Of a DNA stretch of 64,000 nt, positions 1 through 13,000 are shown one piece after another (position 1 is the stretch's first letter; every line of letters starts with the position of its first letter). The translations under genes and the position numbers were made by a program. Origin of the DNA: Eledone cirrhosa. Lineage: Eukaryota. The stretch is from the NCBI GenBank assembly GCA_964016885.1, contig OZ024742.1, forward strand, positions 237,708,001-237,772,000, read 5' to 3'. The notes beneath the pieces are model-generated. The model saw only the letters and a list, made by a program, of their open reading frames with translations, was not told where the DNA came from and made no database searches.

Positions 1-1437
1 GGGATCACTTTGACTTCATGGCAGTTCCAAATCCTTTTTACCTCCCACTTTAAGTCCTGGTATCGGTTAATTTTCTCCCTCTCCTTCTCTTGCACTCTCG
101 TGTCGAATGGGCAGGCCACATCCACAATCAGGCACGATCTTTTTTCTTTGTCCAAAACCACCAGGTCAGGCCTATTGTGTTCCAGTTTCTTGTCCGTCTG
201 TATCCTAAAATCCCACAGCACCTTCACCTGATCGTTTTCTATCACCGACTCTGGCTTATGCTCATACCACTTCTCAGAATGTAGTAAATTGTTTACTTTG
301 CATAGGTGCCAGTGGATCACCCTGCCCATCACATCATGTTTCCAGCCCTTATAGTGAGTCTGGGCTAGGTGTTTACACTCGGATACAATGTGAGCCACAG
401 TCTCCTCTCTCTCTCCACAGATCCTGCACAGTGGGATAGCCTCCTCCTTGTAAAAGTGGTGTTTCAACCACTTCGTTTTGAGGGCCTGCTCCTGCACAGC
501 CAATAACATTCCTTCTGTAGCCTTTTTAAGGTCTCCTCTTTTCAACCAGTTCCATGTCTGTGGATCTCTAAATTCAGTTTTCTCAAAGAAGGTACTATGA
601 AGGGATTTTTCCTGAAGGCTGCTCTTTCTCCTTGATGTTATTTCCTCCTTGGACATCGCCTGGCCTATTGTCCCCTCCTTCAGTACAGTTCTGAGCATTG
701 ACTCCTTACTATCAGTCACGTATTTGTGTAGGTTGTATTTCTCCATCTGAACACAGTCCTCTATGCTGATAAGACCTCTTCCACCTTCAGATCTCCTTAA
801 GTAGAGTCTATCGACATCACTCCTCTTGTGGAACATATTGTAGATAGTCAATAGCTTCCTAGTCTTCCTATCCATTTCTTTTTGTTCAGCAACATTCCAT
901 CTCAGAATTCCCGCACTGGACCTAATAATAGACACAGCTCGGGAATTTACTGCACTTATGGCATTCCTACTGTTCAGATGTGACTTTAATACGCTCCTTA
1001 CTCTCCGAAGGTATTCAGTTCTTATCAATTCCTTCACTTTTTTGTTCTTGATGTCATCAGCCTCCAGAACGCCCAAATACTTGTATCCTTCCTCAGAGTC
1101 AATTTCCTTTATCATCTCACCTGTTGGTATCTGGATTCCGTTACTTCTGCTCAACTTACTCCTCCTCATCACAATGACTCCACACTTACTAATACCAAAT
1201 TGCATACATATATCATTGCTGAAAATACGGACAGTGTCAACAAGCACATCCAACTCCTTCTCACTCTTCCCGAAGAGCTTAAGATCGTCCATGAAGAGGA
1301 GGTGATTGATGGTAAGCCCTCACTTTCCCAACTTGTATCCTGCTCTCACTTTTCGCAGTACACTGGTCAGGGGCATCAGGGCAAGGACAAACAACAGAGG
1401 GGACAAACTATCTCCCTGGAAGATACCTCTCTTAAAG
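1..1437 (-). mobile_element. R4/Dong-clade non-LTR retrotransposon, 5'-truncated, running off the window start (RT, CCHC finger, RLE endonuclease)
   Basis: Minus-strand translation gives KRGIFQGDSLSPLLF, NHLLFMDDLKLF, YKYLGVLEA, RLYLRRSEGGRGL, CRIC..ETVAHIVSEC and LWDFRIQTD..HNRPDLVV..IVDVACP..EK. The frame appears open to position 1 except for one in-frame TGA at 1320-1322. Confidence 0.9.
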
Positions 1438-1507
1438 AAAGTCGTTGGGACATGTAAATAAAGGGAACAGCGAGAGTGTAAACAAACAAAGATGGTGAAG
1501 ATATATG

Positions 1508-1582
<75 letters not shown>

Positions 1583-1661
1583 GTGTGTATACATATATCT
1601 TCACCATCTTTGTTTGTTTACACTCTCGCTGTTCCCTTTATTTACATGTCCCAACGACTTT
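1438..1661. repeat. About 78-bp inverted repeat flanking a (CA)n/(TA)n tract at the Dong 5' junction
   Basis: 1438-1515 (aaagtcgttgggacatg...gatatatgtatacacac) is the reverse complement of about 1582-1661. Confidence 0.9.
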
Positions 1662-1794
1662 TTTAGCCGTTGCTCGCACCAACCGGAGGTATATGGTCTT
1701 TAAAGCGAAGAAATACCGATGATGGTTGGAAGATCACTGATGAAGGACCACTTTATTCATATGTAACCCATTTGCAACTCCGCAGCACGTTTAT

Positions 1795-1884
<90 letters not shown>

Positions 1885-1899
1885 TAAATCTTATATAAC

Positions 1900-2940
1900 A
1901 ATCGTAGTGATCCAATCCCGAGTATATTCCACCATTAGCAATAGTAAATTATTCATTGTGATACGACTTCTTAGTAAAACCACAGAACCAGAAAAGAAGA
2001 TATGATCCACTAATGTGATAATATTTGCGTTAAACATTTTAATTCTAGACAGAATATTATCGATATTAAACAAAGAAATCATATTTTGAATAAAACTTTG
2101 GTCACTATTTACTACGTATGTTCTAGTTTGGGTGGTATTTTGTTCTTGTTCACATCTCTGTTATCACCGCGATAATGCTTCCCTGTCATTGCCAGCGCAT
2201 ATAAACAGACGTTAATTTGCCAAAACGTGGAGGTTTTAATTCGTCATAAATATTCACCCACAATTTCACCAATAGCACGTAAGATTTCATTATTAGGTTT
2301 CATTTTGTTTAGTACTGTTGTTTTATTACGTTCCGGGAAAGGAATGTTTAAACATGAATTAATTTCTCTCTGGAAAGTTTCACTGACGGTAAATTTCAAT
2401 TATTCATATTCTTAGGCTAATGGCAGATGTATTATTATCAACAGTTGTTTCAAGGGACTGTTTGTTGATGTTCAGCCTGGCTGCTAGAAAGTCTAGTAGC
2501 ATTGCAACATGAGGCACGTGTTATTGATTGTATGTTCGATCTGGGGGACTTACAATGAATAATATTCATGTTATTTTTACGTTCAACAAACGTTGCTTAT
2601 TGGCGTAATTCTTTAGCTGGGAAATGATTTAGCTCTGGATGTATTTCGTTCCAGTATAGCTTCATTCTGTTCATATAGCCAGGGGGGGGGGGCATTATTA
2701 AGTTCGTAACTCCAAGAGAAATGTGATTTATAATTTCGGTTTGTTCTGTGGCTACTGTTTGTAGCAAATCCTTGTACAATGAATCAAGTATTTAGTCGGA
2801 TATCTCTACGAATTCGAATAAAAGGGGTCTTCAGTGTTTATAGTTAGAAGAATATTCAGTTATTGAACTCGAATGGTAGTTGTGGCATTACTGTCGGAGA
2901 TAGTATTCATCAACTTTAATGAATAGTCTCCCACACTAAT
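1900..2940 (-). pseudogene. Degenerate N-terminal region of an R4/Dong-like LINE ORF
   Basis: Broken minus-strand peptides GYMNRMKLYWNEIHPEL..KELRQ and WQINVCLYALA resemble the R4/Dong N-terminus from memory; many stops. Confidence 0.4.
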
Positions 2941-2964
2941 ATGTGTGACTGGTCGCATTGACTG

Positions 2965-3110
2965 TATGTATGTATGTATGTATGTATGTATGTATGTATG
3001 TATGTATGTATGTATGTATGTATGTATGTATGTACGTATGTATGTATGTATGTATGTATGTATGTATGTATGTATGTATGTATGTATGTATGCATGCATG
3101 CATGCATGTA
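2965..3110. repeat. (TATG)n microsatellite
   Basis: Direct reading; same unit as the RTE 3' tails elsewhere in the window. Confidence 0.95.
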
Positions 3111-3319
3111 TGGATGATGGATGGATGGATTGAAATACTCGGTTTGGTGCTCGAGCTTGCGGGTAGTTCCGTGGATTGAGAGACTCCTACTTCTTTTAAG
3201 GACATCATTCTAGAAGGAAAACTTTGATGTAAAGTATGTGACTCGATGGTAGCTAATGATGTTAATCTGTTCTCTTTGGAAACCTGTTACCGTTGTTTAG
3301 AGTGTGTGATTAGTCCAGT

Positions 3320-3650
3320 GCAAAGCCTTTTGTCACTTAAAAAAAGGCTTCAAGTACAGGAGTCACATAAATGACTTTCACGTGTGTTGTGTGAGCATGG
3401 TCTTTTCTTTTTCATTTCGCTGCAACATGTGCAGAAAGGAGTGTAAGTCCTTGGCAGGGCTAAAAATCATGTTCGTGTCACCCGTGCACGAGAAAAAAGT
3501 CAAGGACTGGCAATTCTTGAAAGTGAGATGCAGACATTATGTATGTATACCTAGAAGTGCACCAAATTATATAATCTGACAAGTGATTGCAATACTTCTA
3601 GCAGAGTTTGCAGCCATCATGTATGTATGTATGCATGCATGCATCCATAC
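3320..3650 (+). mobile_element. Two RTE-LINE 3' end fragments (C2H2 finger remnant plus (TATG)n tails)
   Basis: FRCNMCRKECKSLAGLK matches the finger of the RTE at 55545-56636. The ends gcagacattatgtatg and gcagccatcatgtatg match that element's 3' terminus. Confidence 0.65.
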
Positions 3651-4310
3651 ATGTAACATATCCCAAGCTGCGTAATTTCATAGGAAATAACAGATAAGAA
3701 TAAAAGAGGTTGTCTAAGGTATCCCTTCTGTTACTCATATTCTATTTTCATGCAAGATATTACTTCATCAGCTATCAATGCTGCCCGTAGTGGTCATATC
3801 AGCAGTAGACATTGTATATTCAACCTGTATTATCTCATATTAACTCCGTTTATCTAACCATTATGTATAAGCGGTTAATCCTTCCGTTTATCTAAATGGG
3901 ATAAAACAACTTGTGTAATACATTTAGCAAGATGTCGTATCAAGAGTAGATAGATATTTTTAAAGTGCTTCATCCAATGAACGCCACAGCTTGTGATTTT
4001 CAATTATTTTTTTAACTAATCAAAAATTTGTAAAACCTTTGATAATATAATTAACTTTTTTATTATATGGCTAGTGTTTGGAACATAAATTTTCTTACAT
4101 TAAATTTAAGTAAAGGATTTTAGATATTTTTAATGAAATACATTGCCCATGCTTTTCAATTAAATTTGAAACTAATCAAGAATTCGTATCGATTTGGTAA
4201 CATAACTAACTGTCATTTTAAGTTGGTGTCTGGAAAAGCCAAATAAATGGCCTCACATAAAATTATTATGGAAGATATAATTAATATAAACGGTGTGTAT
4301 AATAAAATCG

Positions 4311-4512
4311 GGAGTGTATACACACTGTATGCTTTATTAAAAGCATTTCGAAGACCTTACGCTATTGTTTTAGAGTAGTGACAGTCTCACTTACTTTAAA
4401 TTTTCAGCAAACAAAATGCTTTTAATTAAGCATACAGTGTATTGCAAAATACACTATATATATACATTCATATATATATATCGCTATTTCAGAGCACCAA
4501 TTCAATTCTAAT
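4311..4512. mobile_element. Fold-back fragment of non-autonomous family B (relatives at 29997-30490 and 53976-54385)
   Basis: Shares aagcatttcgaagaccttacgctattgttttagagtagtga and tatttcagagc with 54070-54115 and 53990. Internal inverted arms at 4323-4348 and 4413-4440. Confidence 0.75.
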
Positions 4513-4608
4513 ATATATAATATATATATATATAATACATTATGAAGAGAGAAGAAAGATTAGATATAATTAGTAATACGATATATCATACCTAAACTGC
4601 TTCTATAG

Positions 4609-4701
4609 TCCCCGACTACGTAGTTTCGTGGCATATTATGCAAAAACACTACATCATAGAGATATAGAGTTTTTGTGAGGTCTGCCGACTTATCAAGAGG
4701 A
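4609..4701 (-). ncRNA. Type I hammerhead ribozyme, U3-A8 core, extended stem II
   Basis: tcctc-TTGATAA-[gt c ggca..caaaaac t ctatatc/gatgtag t gtttttg..tgcc ac]-GAAA-ctacgtag-TC-gggga. Stem I is 5 bp, stem III palindromic, cleavage site GUC. Confidence 0.75.
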
Positions 4702-4982
4702 TACCTCATTAAGGGTTTCAAAACATGTCTGTGATGCGCGAGATAGAATCTCGAAAAGGCGGAGGGGGAGTCAATCACGTGATACAGCGATCAAGAAACA
4801 GAGCTAAGCCCCTTATAACCCTGAAAAAAATACCACGGAGGCGGAGGGGTATTTATATCAAAGCCGTAGAAGAGGTGGTTTGAGGAGGCGAGAAGTATGA
4901 GTAATGGTAGCTATCCAGCAGTCACCTTTTCGAGATTCTATCTCGCGCATCACAGACGTGTTTTGAAACCCTTAATGAGGTA

Positions 4983-5075
4983 TCCTCTTGATAAGTCGGC
5001 AGACCTCACAAAAACTCTATATCTCTATGATCTAGTGTTTTTGCATAATATGCCACGAAACTACGTAGTCGGGCA
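4983..5075 (+). ncRNA. Type I hammerhead ribozyme (mirror copy of 4609-4701 with two stem mismatches)
   Basis: TTGATAA at 4988-4994 and GAAActacgtagTC at 5057-5070. Confidence 0.7.
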
Positions 5076-5524
5076 CTATAGAGGCAGTTTAGGTATGATA
5101 TATCTTATTACTAATTATATCTAATGTTTCTTCTCTCTTCATAATGTATTATATAGCTCTGATACTGAATCAGTCTAATCCATTCGGATCGGTTTGTCCC
5201 AGTTATTCATAGAGCAACATCGGTTGAGGTTGGTACCACTAACTCAGGGATATATGTGGATATATTCATGTGTATGTATGTGTCCGCATGTATCTGTGTG
5301 TTTCTCTATATATTGTTTATAACTCCCTTTGGTCGAGTAACCTTTGAAGTGTAGTGACTGCTGGATTACGTTTACAATGCACAACAAAAAATGAATTTAT
5401 TATATTAAAAAAAATTACAGTTTTATTACAAGATATAAGTAGGTCTTCTGAAATAATTATAGTTATCTAAATATCTAAATAGTTTTCCCGTTAACCGCTT
5501 CAAAATTTCACTTTAGTTTGCGTT

Positions 5525-5585
<61 letters not shown>

Positions 5586-6424
5586 CACACACATATATAT
5601 ATACGTGAAAAATTCGGGACCTCGACGACTGAGCTCCTGCTAGATCTGTGTGCGTGTGTTTATGTTTAATTACCTATTGGTTAGACAAATTGAAATAAAA
5701 ATAAATATCAGGCTTGAAAGGATATAATCGACAGAAGGATTTTAATATTGCGCCTCATCATTGGCACAGTCTAATGATTGAAACCAGGAAGAATAGATGA
5801 ATGTGGTACGCAAGCTTGGTCGTGATGGAAAGAAGGAACTAAAGCACTAAGGATAGATCAATTTCAAGTATTTACTTTTTGTAGGTGTTTTGTATTGTAA
5901 AATAAAAACATAAAATATTATTTCTTTCATTCAGACAAACTTTTATTTGTTTTATATTTTGTTCCAATATTAAGATTCAGGCGATTCAGTCTTTTAAGTT
6001 AATGTTTTCTTCAAAATGAAGTTGTTTGAAGTATAAATGAAGCTTTGAGGATAAAAGAATATCTAGATCTGTGTGCAGTATGTTTATGTATGTTTCGTAA
6101 TTGTACTTGTCTGGCAACTGACTTGATATAAGATCATATGTTGAAACTAAAGCAATTACATCGTGGAAGTGTCCTTTCAACCAAAGTTGCATATGTTTGG
6201 CTAGTGACTTGATTATGAACGTGTGTTGAAACTAAAGCACTTTCATTGCAGAAATGTAATTTAACCACAAATTACTTGTTTTGAGACGCCGTTTGACATT
6301 AAGGCAATTGCTTAGTAGAAGAGACATTTCAGCTACCATTAAAACAGATCTAAAAAAATGTTAACTTAACTTTACATTTATTATCTAATTTTTGCTGTCT
6401 AATATTTCGTCGCACTGTTTGTGG

Positions 6425-6790
6425 CCATCTGTTGCTGGGCATGCCGTGGCTGGTGATGCGCAAATATGCGCTGAGGCTACGGCATCTCCAGATATTCAGA
6501 AATGGGGACAGGTGTGGCCGCCGTTTGTGAAACAGGCCTTTCCGCAGCTGGGACACTGGACGAGTGTGTGCAGAACGGTTTCATCACACAGCGCGCATCT
6601 CAGACAGGTCCATCTGACAGCACTTCCGCGCCTATAGAGTCTGTCTCGAACCGGCAGTGCTCTCCGGTAGCATTTCCAAGCTAGGTATTTCTGGAAGTTC
6701 TCCATAGTTCCCCACTTGAAACTTCTCCGGAATTTCTACTAACCACATTTTCCGACAGGTAGACGGCAGTGAGCGCCTGGCAGCGTAAAA
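6425..6790. mobile_element. Tx1/L1 LINE fragment with internal inversion
   Basis: Plus strand 6425-6550 gives LGMPWLVMRKYALRLRHL (compare GLGMPWLTMRKHALRLRHL in the 43200-45398 ORF). Minus strand 6545-6790 gives LAWKCYRRALPVRDRL..CLRC..DETVLHTLVQCP. Confidence 0.8.
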
Positions 6791-6929
6791 TGCAGAGAAT
6801 GGTGATGTATTGGCCGAATCCTATCAAATACTAGGGTCGATATAATTGAATTTCTCCGCCCCACAAATTATAGGTCTTGTGCCTAAATTAGAAATCATTA
6901 TTGTTACAAATGAGGGAAGGGTGACATAA

Positions 6930-7135
6930 TGGCAGATTCAGCAGAGCATTGAACAAAATGCCTTTGCAGCATTTGTTACGTCTCTTTAAGTTCTTAGTTT
7001 AAATCCAACCGAGGTCAACTTTGTCTTCCATCCTCCCAGGGTCGATGAAATAAAGTACCACTCAAGTATTGGGTTTAATTTAATCGACAATCCCTTCCGC
7101 CAAATTGTTGACCTTGGACCTAAATTACAAACCAT
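6930..7135 (+). mobile_element. SINE family 1 (tRNA-like head; core ..gaggtcaactttgcctttcatcc..ggggtcgataaaataaagtacc..)
   Basis: Dispersed repeat. Other copies near 8480, 11790-11955, 16465, 22250-22400(-), 24030-24190, 33480-33835, 34770, 36362-36545(-), 41968-42182(-), 47858-47973, 58215-58320(-), 58409-58508, 61797-61980(-), 62610-62750 and 63340-63485(-). Confidence 0.8.
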
Positions 7136-9056
7136 TACAAAACACATAGGATTGAAAAGAGGGGCAGATTACTATATTCTTGTTAATAACAAAATTATGA
7201 TTATGAATTCAATTTGTATAAGATCGATGCCTATGCAATTTATATAAAGTAAAGATAAATTGTTGTATTTACAAATTAAAAGTATTACTTGTTGACAGGT
7301 TGATATTCGGTCTGTCCCTCTTTTCCCATGTTCTTACGAGACATTCAAAATAGTAACATGGCTGATTCGTTAAGACGTTCACTTCGCAATCATTAAGCCC
7401 CGTAATTCCGTAATTCAAAGGGTTAGCCTTCTTATACACTGCGCCACGCTGAATTTGTCTGAGTATTACATTAAGGGTACGCGTAGTGGAATGTTAAGCC
7501 ACTTACATGTTAATTTTATAAGTGTGCAATACTCATTATCGAAACAGATGGAGGTCTATTTCAATTTCAACTACATTGTGAAATGTGAGCGAAACGAATA
7601 TTTCAAACGATCTGTCGTTGCTAGATGGAAGCGAACGCAGCAAGCTTATCAACTAGTTCACTACAAATTGTTCATCTCGTATGTCTTACTTATGTAAAGG
7701 TGCACATTGGACCACGGAGAATTTTTCTACACAAACTACCCAGGACTTACGATTAGCGGTTAACGTTACAGTCGATCAAAGAAGGACGCATTACTGAACA
7801 TTAAAGTAACACACCTGTATACAATTGTTTATAATTCAATTTAATATATAATGTTTCTGCTAAACCTTTTACCTGCGTAGAAACGTAGTGGGAATATCAA
7901 AGGGGGTAGAGAGGGTCTCTATTATAACCTTTCACGTGATTTGGATTAGCCAAGTGTGGACTCTGCCGTGGAAAATACAGACGTTGTAATTTTAATTTTC
8001 TTATTATGGTCAGAGCAAGAAGTGTAAAAAACTAGGACTGTCGGCTTACGAAACTGTAGGCTGAAATTGTTATATCTGGCGAACCAAGCAGACATTGTAC
8101 AGCTTGTCCAGGGCGCTAAATAGCCCGGAGTCAGCCCTGGGCAAATTAGTTAAAATTCACAAGAATCTATCTGACTTTAACATAATTAATCCAAAGTGAT
8201 ATTTTTCCTGTGTACGTAATGTTTATAGGTTCTATAATGGAATAGACTTCCGTCTGGGTGAACGATGAATGATCCCCCTTGTTCGATCAATGGAACAGCT
8301 GATAAACTTATCAGTCACGTGTACCTTTGGCGAAATTCCCAAAGAGATTCAATGTGATACAGTTTAACAAATCTGCCCCTTTGAATTTTCAGTACAGTCC
8401 ATCCAACGGACTGCTGAACAGTTTTCTTTACCTAACTTTACTCAATTTACCTCACAGGGGATGAGCATACCGATGGCTTACGGGGTCGATAAAATAAAGT
8501 ACCAGTAATGTACTGGGTAAGTGCTGGCCTTGTGCCAATAGTAGAAACAATTATAAATGACACTTGCCTAAGATAAAACGTAATAATATCAAACTTGGGA
8601 TTTAATAATTACGAACAGAATATCTTAAGCATTCGGTCCACTAGTCATGAGTAGAGCAGAAACAATTATGTTTCTGTCAAACTTTAACTACTCTTGTCCA
8701 ACGTGATGTTTTCACCTATCTGTGTACTGTTTAAAAGTTCTGTATTAATTAGGCTTGTTAAACGAAGTGTATACGGAAGTGTCTATCCCTCGGTGTTTGT
8801 ATATTAACACATATATTAATATATCTCGAATTATGATAGATTCTTGCTGTAAATGACGCCGTTTACTCCCTAGAAATGTGTTGTCTTCTGTATTCAATAT
8901 TTGATTAAATGACATTTCTTTTCAACTTATCTTTACTCAGCAGTTCAATTTGAAACACTATAGAGATCTAGAAAGTTTAGGTAATTGTTTAATTCTATTG
9001 CCATATTGTTCATGTATAAATGAGGAGAAAATATTTAATTGGTATATATATATATA

Positions 9057-9293
9057 TATATAAGTTAAAACAATGAAATAAAAATTCAAGTCATTAGAGA
9101 TATACTTCACTGCTTTACGATCGTTTCTAATGACTTGAATTTTTATTTCATTGTTTTAACTTATATCATGATTCTGTTTTCCTTTTAATGTTTTATTGTT
9201 TTTCGGGATTTATTTTAACCTACAACATTTTCAACATATGGATTACATTGAGTTCTTCATGCAGACTGAACCCCACAACTTACCGTGGATATC

Positions 9294-9298
<5 letters not shown>
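9057..9298 (+). mobile_element. Family D (TA)n-inserted fragment with 5' inverted duplication (relatives 39668-39780 minus, 52616-52925 plus)
   Basis: Arms 9057-9101 and 9128-9166. The block ggattacattgagttcttca is shared by the three copies, all bounded by (TA)n. Confidence 0.75.
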
Positions 9299-9348
<50 letters not shown>

Positions 9349-9400
9349 AGTAAGTCAAATATGTAAAATTTGGCTCCGTTTATTATAAATTATAAATTTG

Positions 9401-9454
9401 CTGCTGTATATATTTCGATGACAGCCATCATTGGCTTTGACCTCTTCAGGCAGT
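9401..9454 (-). ncRNA. Type I hammerhead ribozyme related to the PLE HHR at 28019 (U16.1 mutated to C)
   Basis: actgc-CTGAAGA-ggtcaaagccaatgatggctgtcatc-GAAA-tatata-CA-gcag, inside an about 250-bp unit (9342-9590) bounded by (TA)n. Confidence 0.7.
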
Positions 9455-9963
9455 CCGAAGACAGATAGACATGTTGTTGAGATGTGTTTCACTCCATCAA
9501 TACATCGATATGTCCAGCTCCTGGGTGTGTTGTTATTTCTCTGAGGAATACTGAGGTGTCGGCAAACAACCAACATATACTCAAAATTTATATAATATAT
9601 ATATTATATATATATATATATAAGAAGCAAAGAAAATTTCAAAGATACGAAAGATTTCCTGGTGGATGTTCAGCTGTACTCCGGGTTGGTATCCAGTTTT
9701 GGGGTGAAAATCTAATTAGAAAATCCAACGAAGACTCGGTTTGGATACTCCTGTCGCCCGTAATTTCTGTTCTCCTGGTCATTCTTCCCTACATGTTTCA
9801 GTCCTGGGTGTCCTTTTACATCATGGATTACAGGTCTCGCGCACCAGGACTGAACAAAGTCTGATTCACCGTCTTGGGTCCTATTCCCCTCTTGGACTCA
9901 ACTCACACCCCTAGATTCCTATCGCTTTCTCTTGATCATTAACATCTTGTCTTACAACTAATA

Positions 9964-10033
<70 letters not shown>

Positions 10034-13000
10034 GTTATATTCATTGATACATTTCCGTCATTAGTCGATTATATCGACCGAAGTACTTATTTTTTCAAGT
10101 CTAATACAAATTTTAGCAATTTCTATTTAGTCGAACCAATACGTTTTGGACATAAACATATATAAGTGTAATCACGGACATGGAGGCAAACACATACACA
10201 CACATTGGTCAATATGAAGCTAGAGTAGAAGAATTTGCCCAATCTGCAACACAGTGGACCTGAATCGAAATCATGTTTGCAAAGCGAAATGTTTAACCAC
10301 ACTGCCATGCCGACACCTATACATAAATTACAATACTTACAATTATATATTTGAAGTTTCCAAACTCAGAATGATGTCATTTGTACACGCACAACAAGCA
10401 CAACGCTACCCCTAATGCCAACTAGGTAGTCGGCTAGGTACATATATCTGAGAGGCGCATTACTGCACCTTAAAGGATCCCAGTTTTATACAAATGTGTA
10501 TAATTAAATTGAATATATAATAATTTCCTGCACTCAATAAATTAATCACCAAACATCTTTAACACGGAGCAACGTTGTTGAAGTATCTAGAACAATGTAA
10601 ACGATCGTATAGTGTTAAGACCTGTTTTATCATCTGCCGTGTGTAAGTATGTAGTGTGTGGTATGTAGTGGAAAATACAGATTTAATAATTATGGTCAGA
10701 TCAAAAGGTATTAAGAATTTGGTTTGTCGGTTTGCCAAACTATAAATTGAAATGATATTTGAGAGAAGGGGGTAATGATAATTGAGATAGAGCAGACTTG
10801 GGTCACTGAGAAAACTGGTGCCAGTCCTGACACAAATCAATGCTGAAATCTCAGTAAAAAATATTTCATCAGCAATTATTAACTTGATATTGGGTTCACT
10901 AGATTTCAGTCTGTGATTTAATAATATTTATTTATCCATTGCATGGCAGCTTTGCCTGGTAAACATATATGAATATATGTAATGGGATGACAGTTAATCC
11001 ATTAATACACACTGATGTCTACAGAGACAAACACTTACAATTTATATAGATTAACTAATGCCCCTTGAACCAATAACGTAGATATTACCTAACATCTTTA
11101 GCACATTAATGTAATATATTGATTACCAATATCCAGGTATTTCAAACACATGTGCACACACACACACATATATATATGTGTGTGTGTGTGTATATATCTA
11201 TCAATCTCTCTCTCTCTCTCTGTATATATATATATCAAGTAGGATATTAACAACATACCTCGATATTTTAGATGTTTTGAGTGTCTTCATTTCTCGTTTT
11301 CCTGAATAAAAATATTAGAGTTAATTGTTATACACAAGCTTTTTTGTTTTTTAATAGTATTTAAATTTTCCCCTTTACAATCCAAGAGATCGATTGATCA
11401 CTAAGTAGCTAGTCCATATTGTTTGCATAGTACAAGAATTGTGTGAGCATATACATGTATGCATTAAATTGTGCACTCAGCAATTGATGTATACTATACA
11501 TTCATATCTATCTTCAAACAGTGCAGGCTTTAACAGAAACTGCAAGAAATGTGAACATAAACACAATCGATAGCCATATACTTGAGGTGTGGTTCGATTC
11601 TTGCAGGTGTCTCTGTCTACCTCGTTTCTGTCTCCAGGTGTAGTTTACTAGACTTATTTCACTCTTTTATTGTCATTATGAAATGTAGCAGCTTCTCATA
11701 ATAAAATCAATTAATTTTAAACTTACAAACTTCCCTAATTTCTTCGTAAACTTATTGGATTATATACGTTTTTATACGGTTGATTGTATCGGTTGAGCGT
11801 CGGACAACATACTTTGCAGCATAGAGTTAGGACCCTTTGGTCCTGGGTTCAAATCCCGCCGAAATTAGGTTTACCTTTCATCTTTACGGGGTCGATTTAA
11901 TCGACTTTCCCCTTCCACCAAAATTGTTGGCCTCGTGCCTAAATCAGAAACCATCATATATACGTTTATGTATTTAAACATGTAAACATATCTTCTTTGC
12001 ATATTTCTCCATAAATTGAAAAAAAAGATGAAGAGCGTGACCCAACCAACTGTGAGTGTCTGTGAGAAAGATAGAAAGAGAGGAAGGGAGGGAGAAAAAA
12101 TAGAAAAGGAGACATGGTTGATGGTTAAAATCAGGACACAGAAAATAAAAAAAAAACAAAAAATATGGATTCATATTAAGAATCACTAAAAAGGACAGAA
12201 AACTATTTTTTTTTAAATTTTACAGTTCCTATTTTCTACAAATTCAACTAGTTTTCACTCAGGGTCGGCGCTACCATCAAGGCCAACTAAGCAGTCACCT
12301 AGGTTGCTGAGCTCAAAAATCCTTAAAGTATCATAGTACTAAACATCATTGCCGCAAAACATTGCTGTGGAAATTTCTAAAGCTGTGGAATAGATCCTAT
12401 AGAGTTATGTTCTATTACATGATTCGGCATGGTTGAATGTGGATTGCACAGAGAAGCATGTAATTTCCTTAGTGATGTCAGAGCAAGAAGTATCACAATT
12501 CAGGTACGTCAGCATACAGAACTAAGTTGAAAATATTTCAATAATCGCATGAAATAAATTGAAATATTCAGTAATAAAATAGGACAAATATGAATATATA
12601 AAAATGTCCCATATAGATACATAAAAAAAAATTATATATTTAATAAGAAATCGTCCGAATATTATAAACATCAGGCCGAAATCCCAACTATGAAATAGAC
12701 AGAACTAATTTATTGGAATGACTGTTATGGACAATTCATAAATATACGGTGTAGGCATGGCTGTATAGTGGAGAAATTCACTTCGCAACCATGTGGTTCT
12801 GAGTTCAATCTTGCTGCATGACACCTTGCGCAAGTCTATTATATTCTCGAGTTGACAAATGGCTTACTAATGGAATTTGGTAGACAGAAACCCCAGAAAG
12901 CCGTCGTAGAAATCTTGCTTGCACAACCAAATATCTTCGTAAATTTATTGTGTATATATATATTTGATTGTGGATATATATTATCTGTTTAACCTTATAT

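Larger units (their letters stand above)
4530..5366. mobile_element. Retrozyme-like family C: about 230-bp inverted arms, 165-bp spacer, one HHR per arm
   Basis: Arms 4530-4759 and 4925-5155 are near-perfect reverse complements. The left end abuts (TA)n. No meaningful ORF. Confidence 0.8.

Noticed and set aside
1320-1322. In-frame TGA as possible selenocysteine or readthrough
   Set aside because: A single TGA in a variable linker at a non-Cys position, with no SECIS identified. The intact PLE1 ORF has no in-frame TGA either.
1735-1760. CTGATGA at about 1737
   Set aside because: No downstream GAAA or stem III, and no stem I partner.
6115-6240. Two diverged about 85-bp tandem units (tgacttgat..gttgaaactaaagca)
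   Set aside because: Period is not a multiple of 3 and there is no convincing peptide; not CRISPR-like (two units, eukaryotic context).
9215-9270. HHR-like ATGAAGA..GAAA on the minus strand of family D
   Set aside because: C3 is mutated, stem III is poor, and the fold is not conserved in the copies at 39668 and 52616.
7880-12540. Repeated degenerate block gtcagagcaagaagt.. (about 8010, 10695, 12478, and 32900 minus) with cagggccggc-like ends
   Set aside because: Probably an old DNA transposon, but boundaries and family could not be supported.
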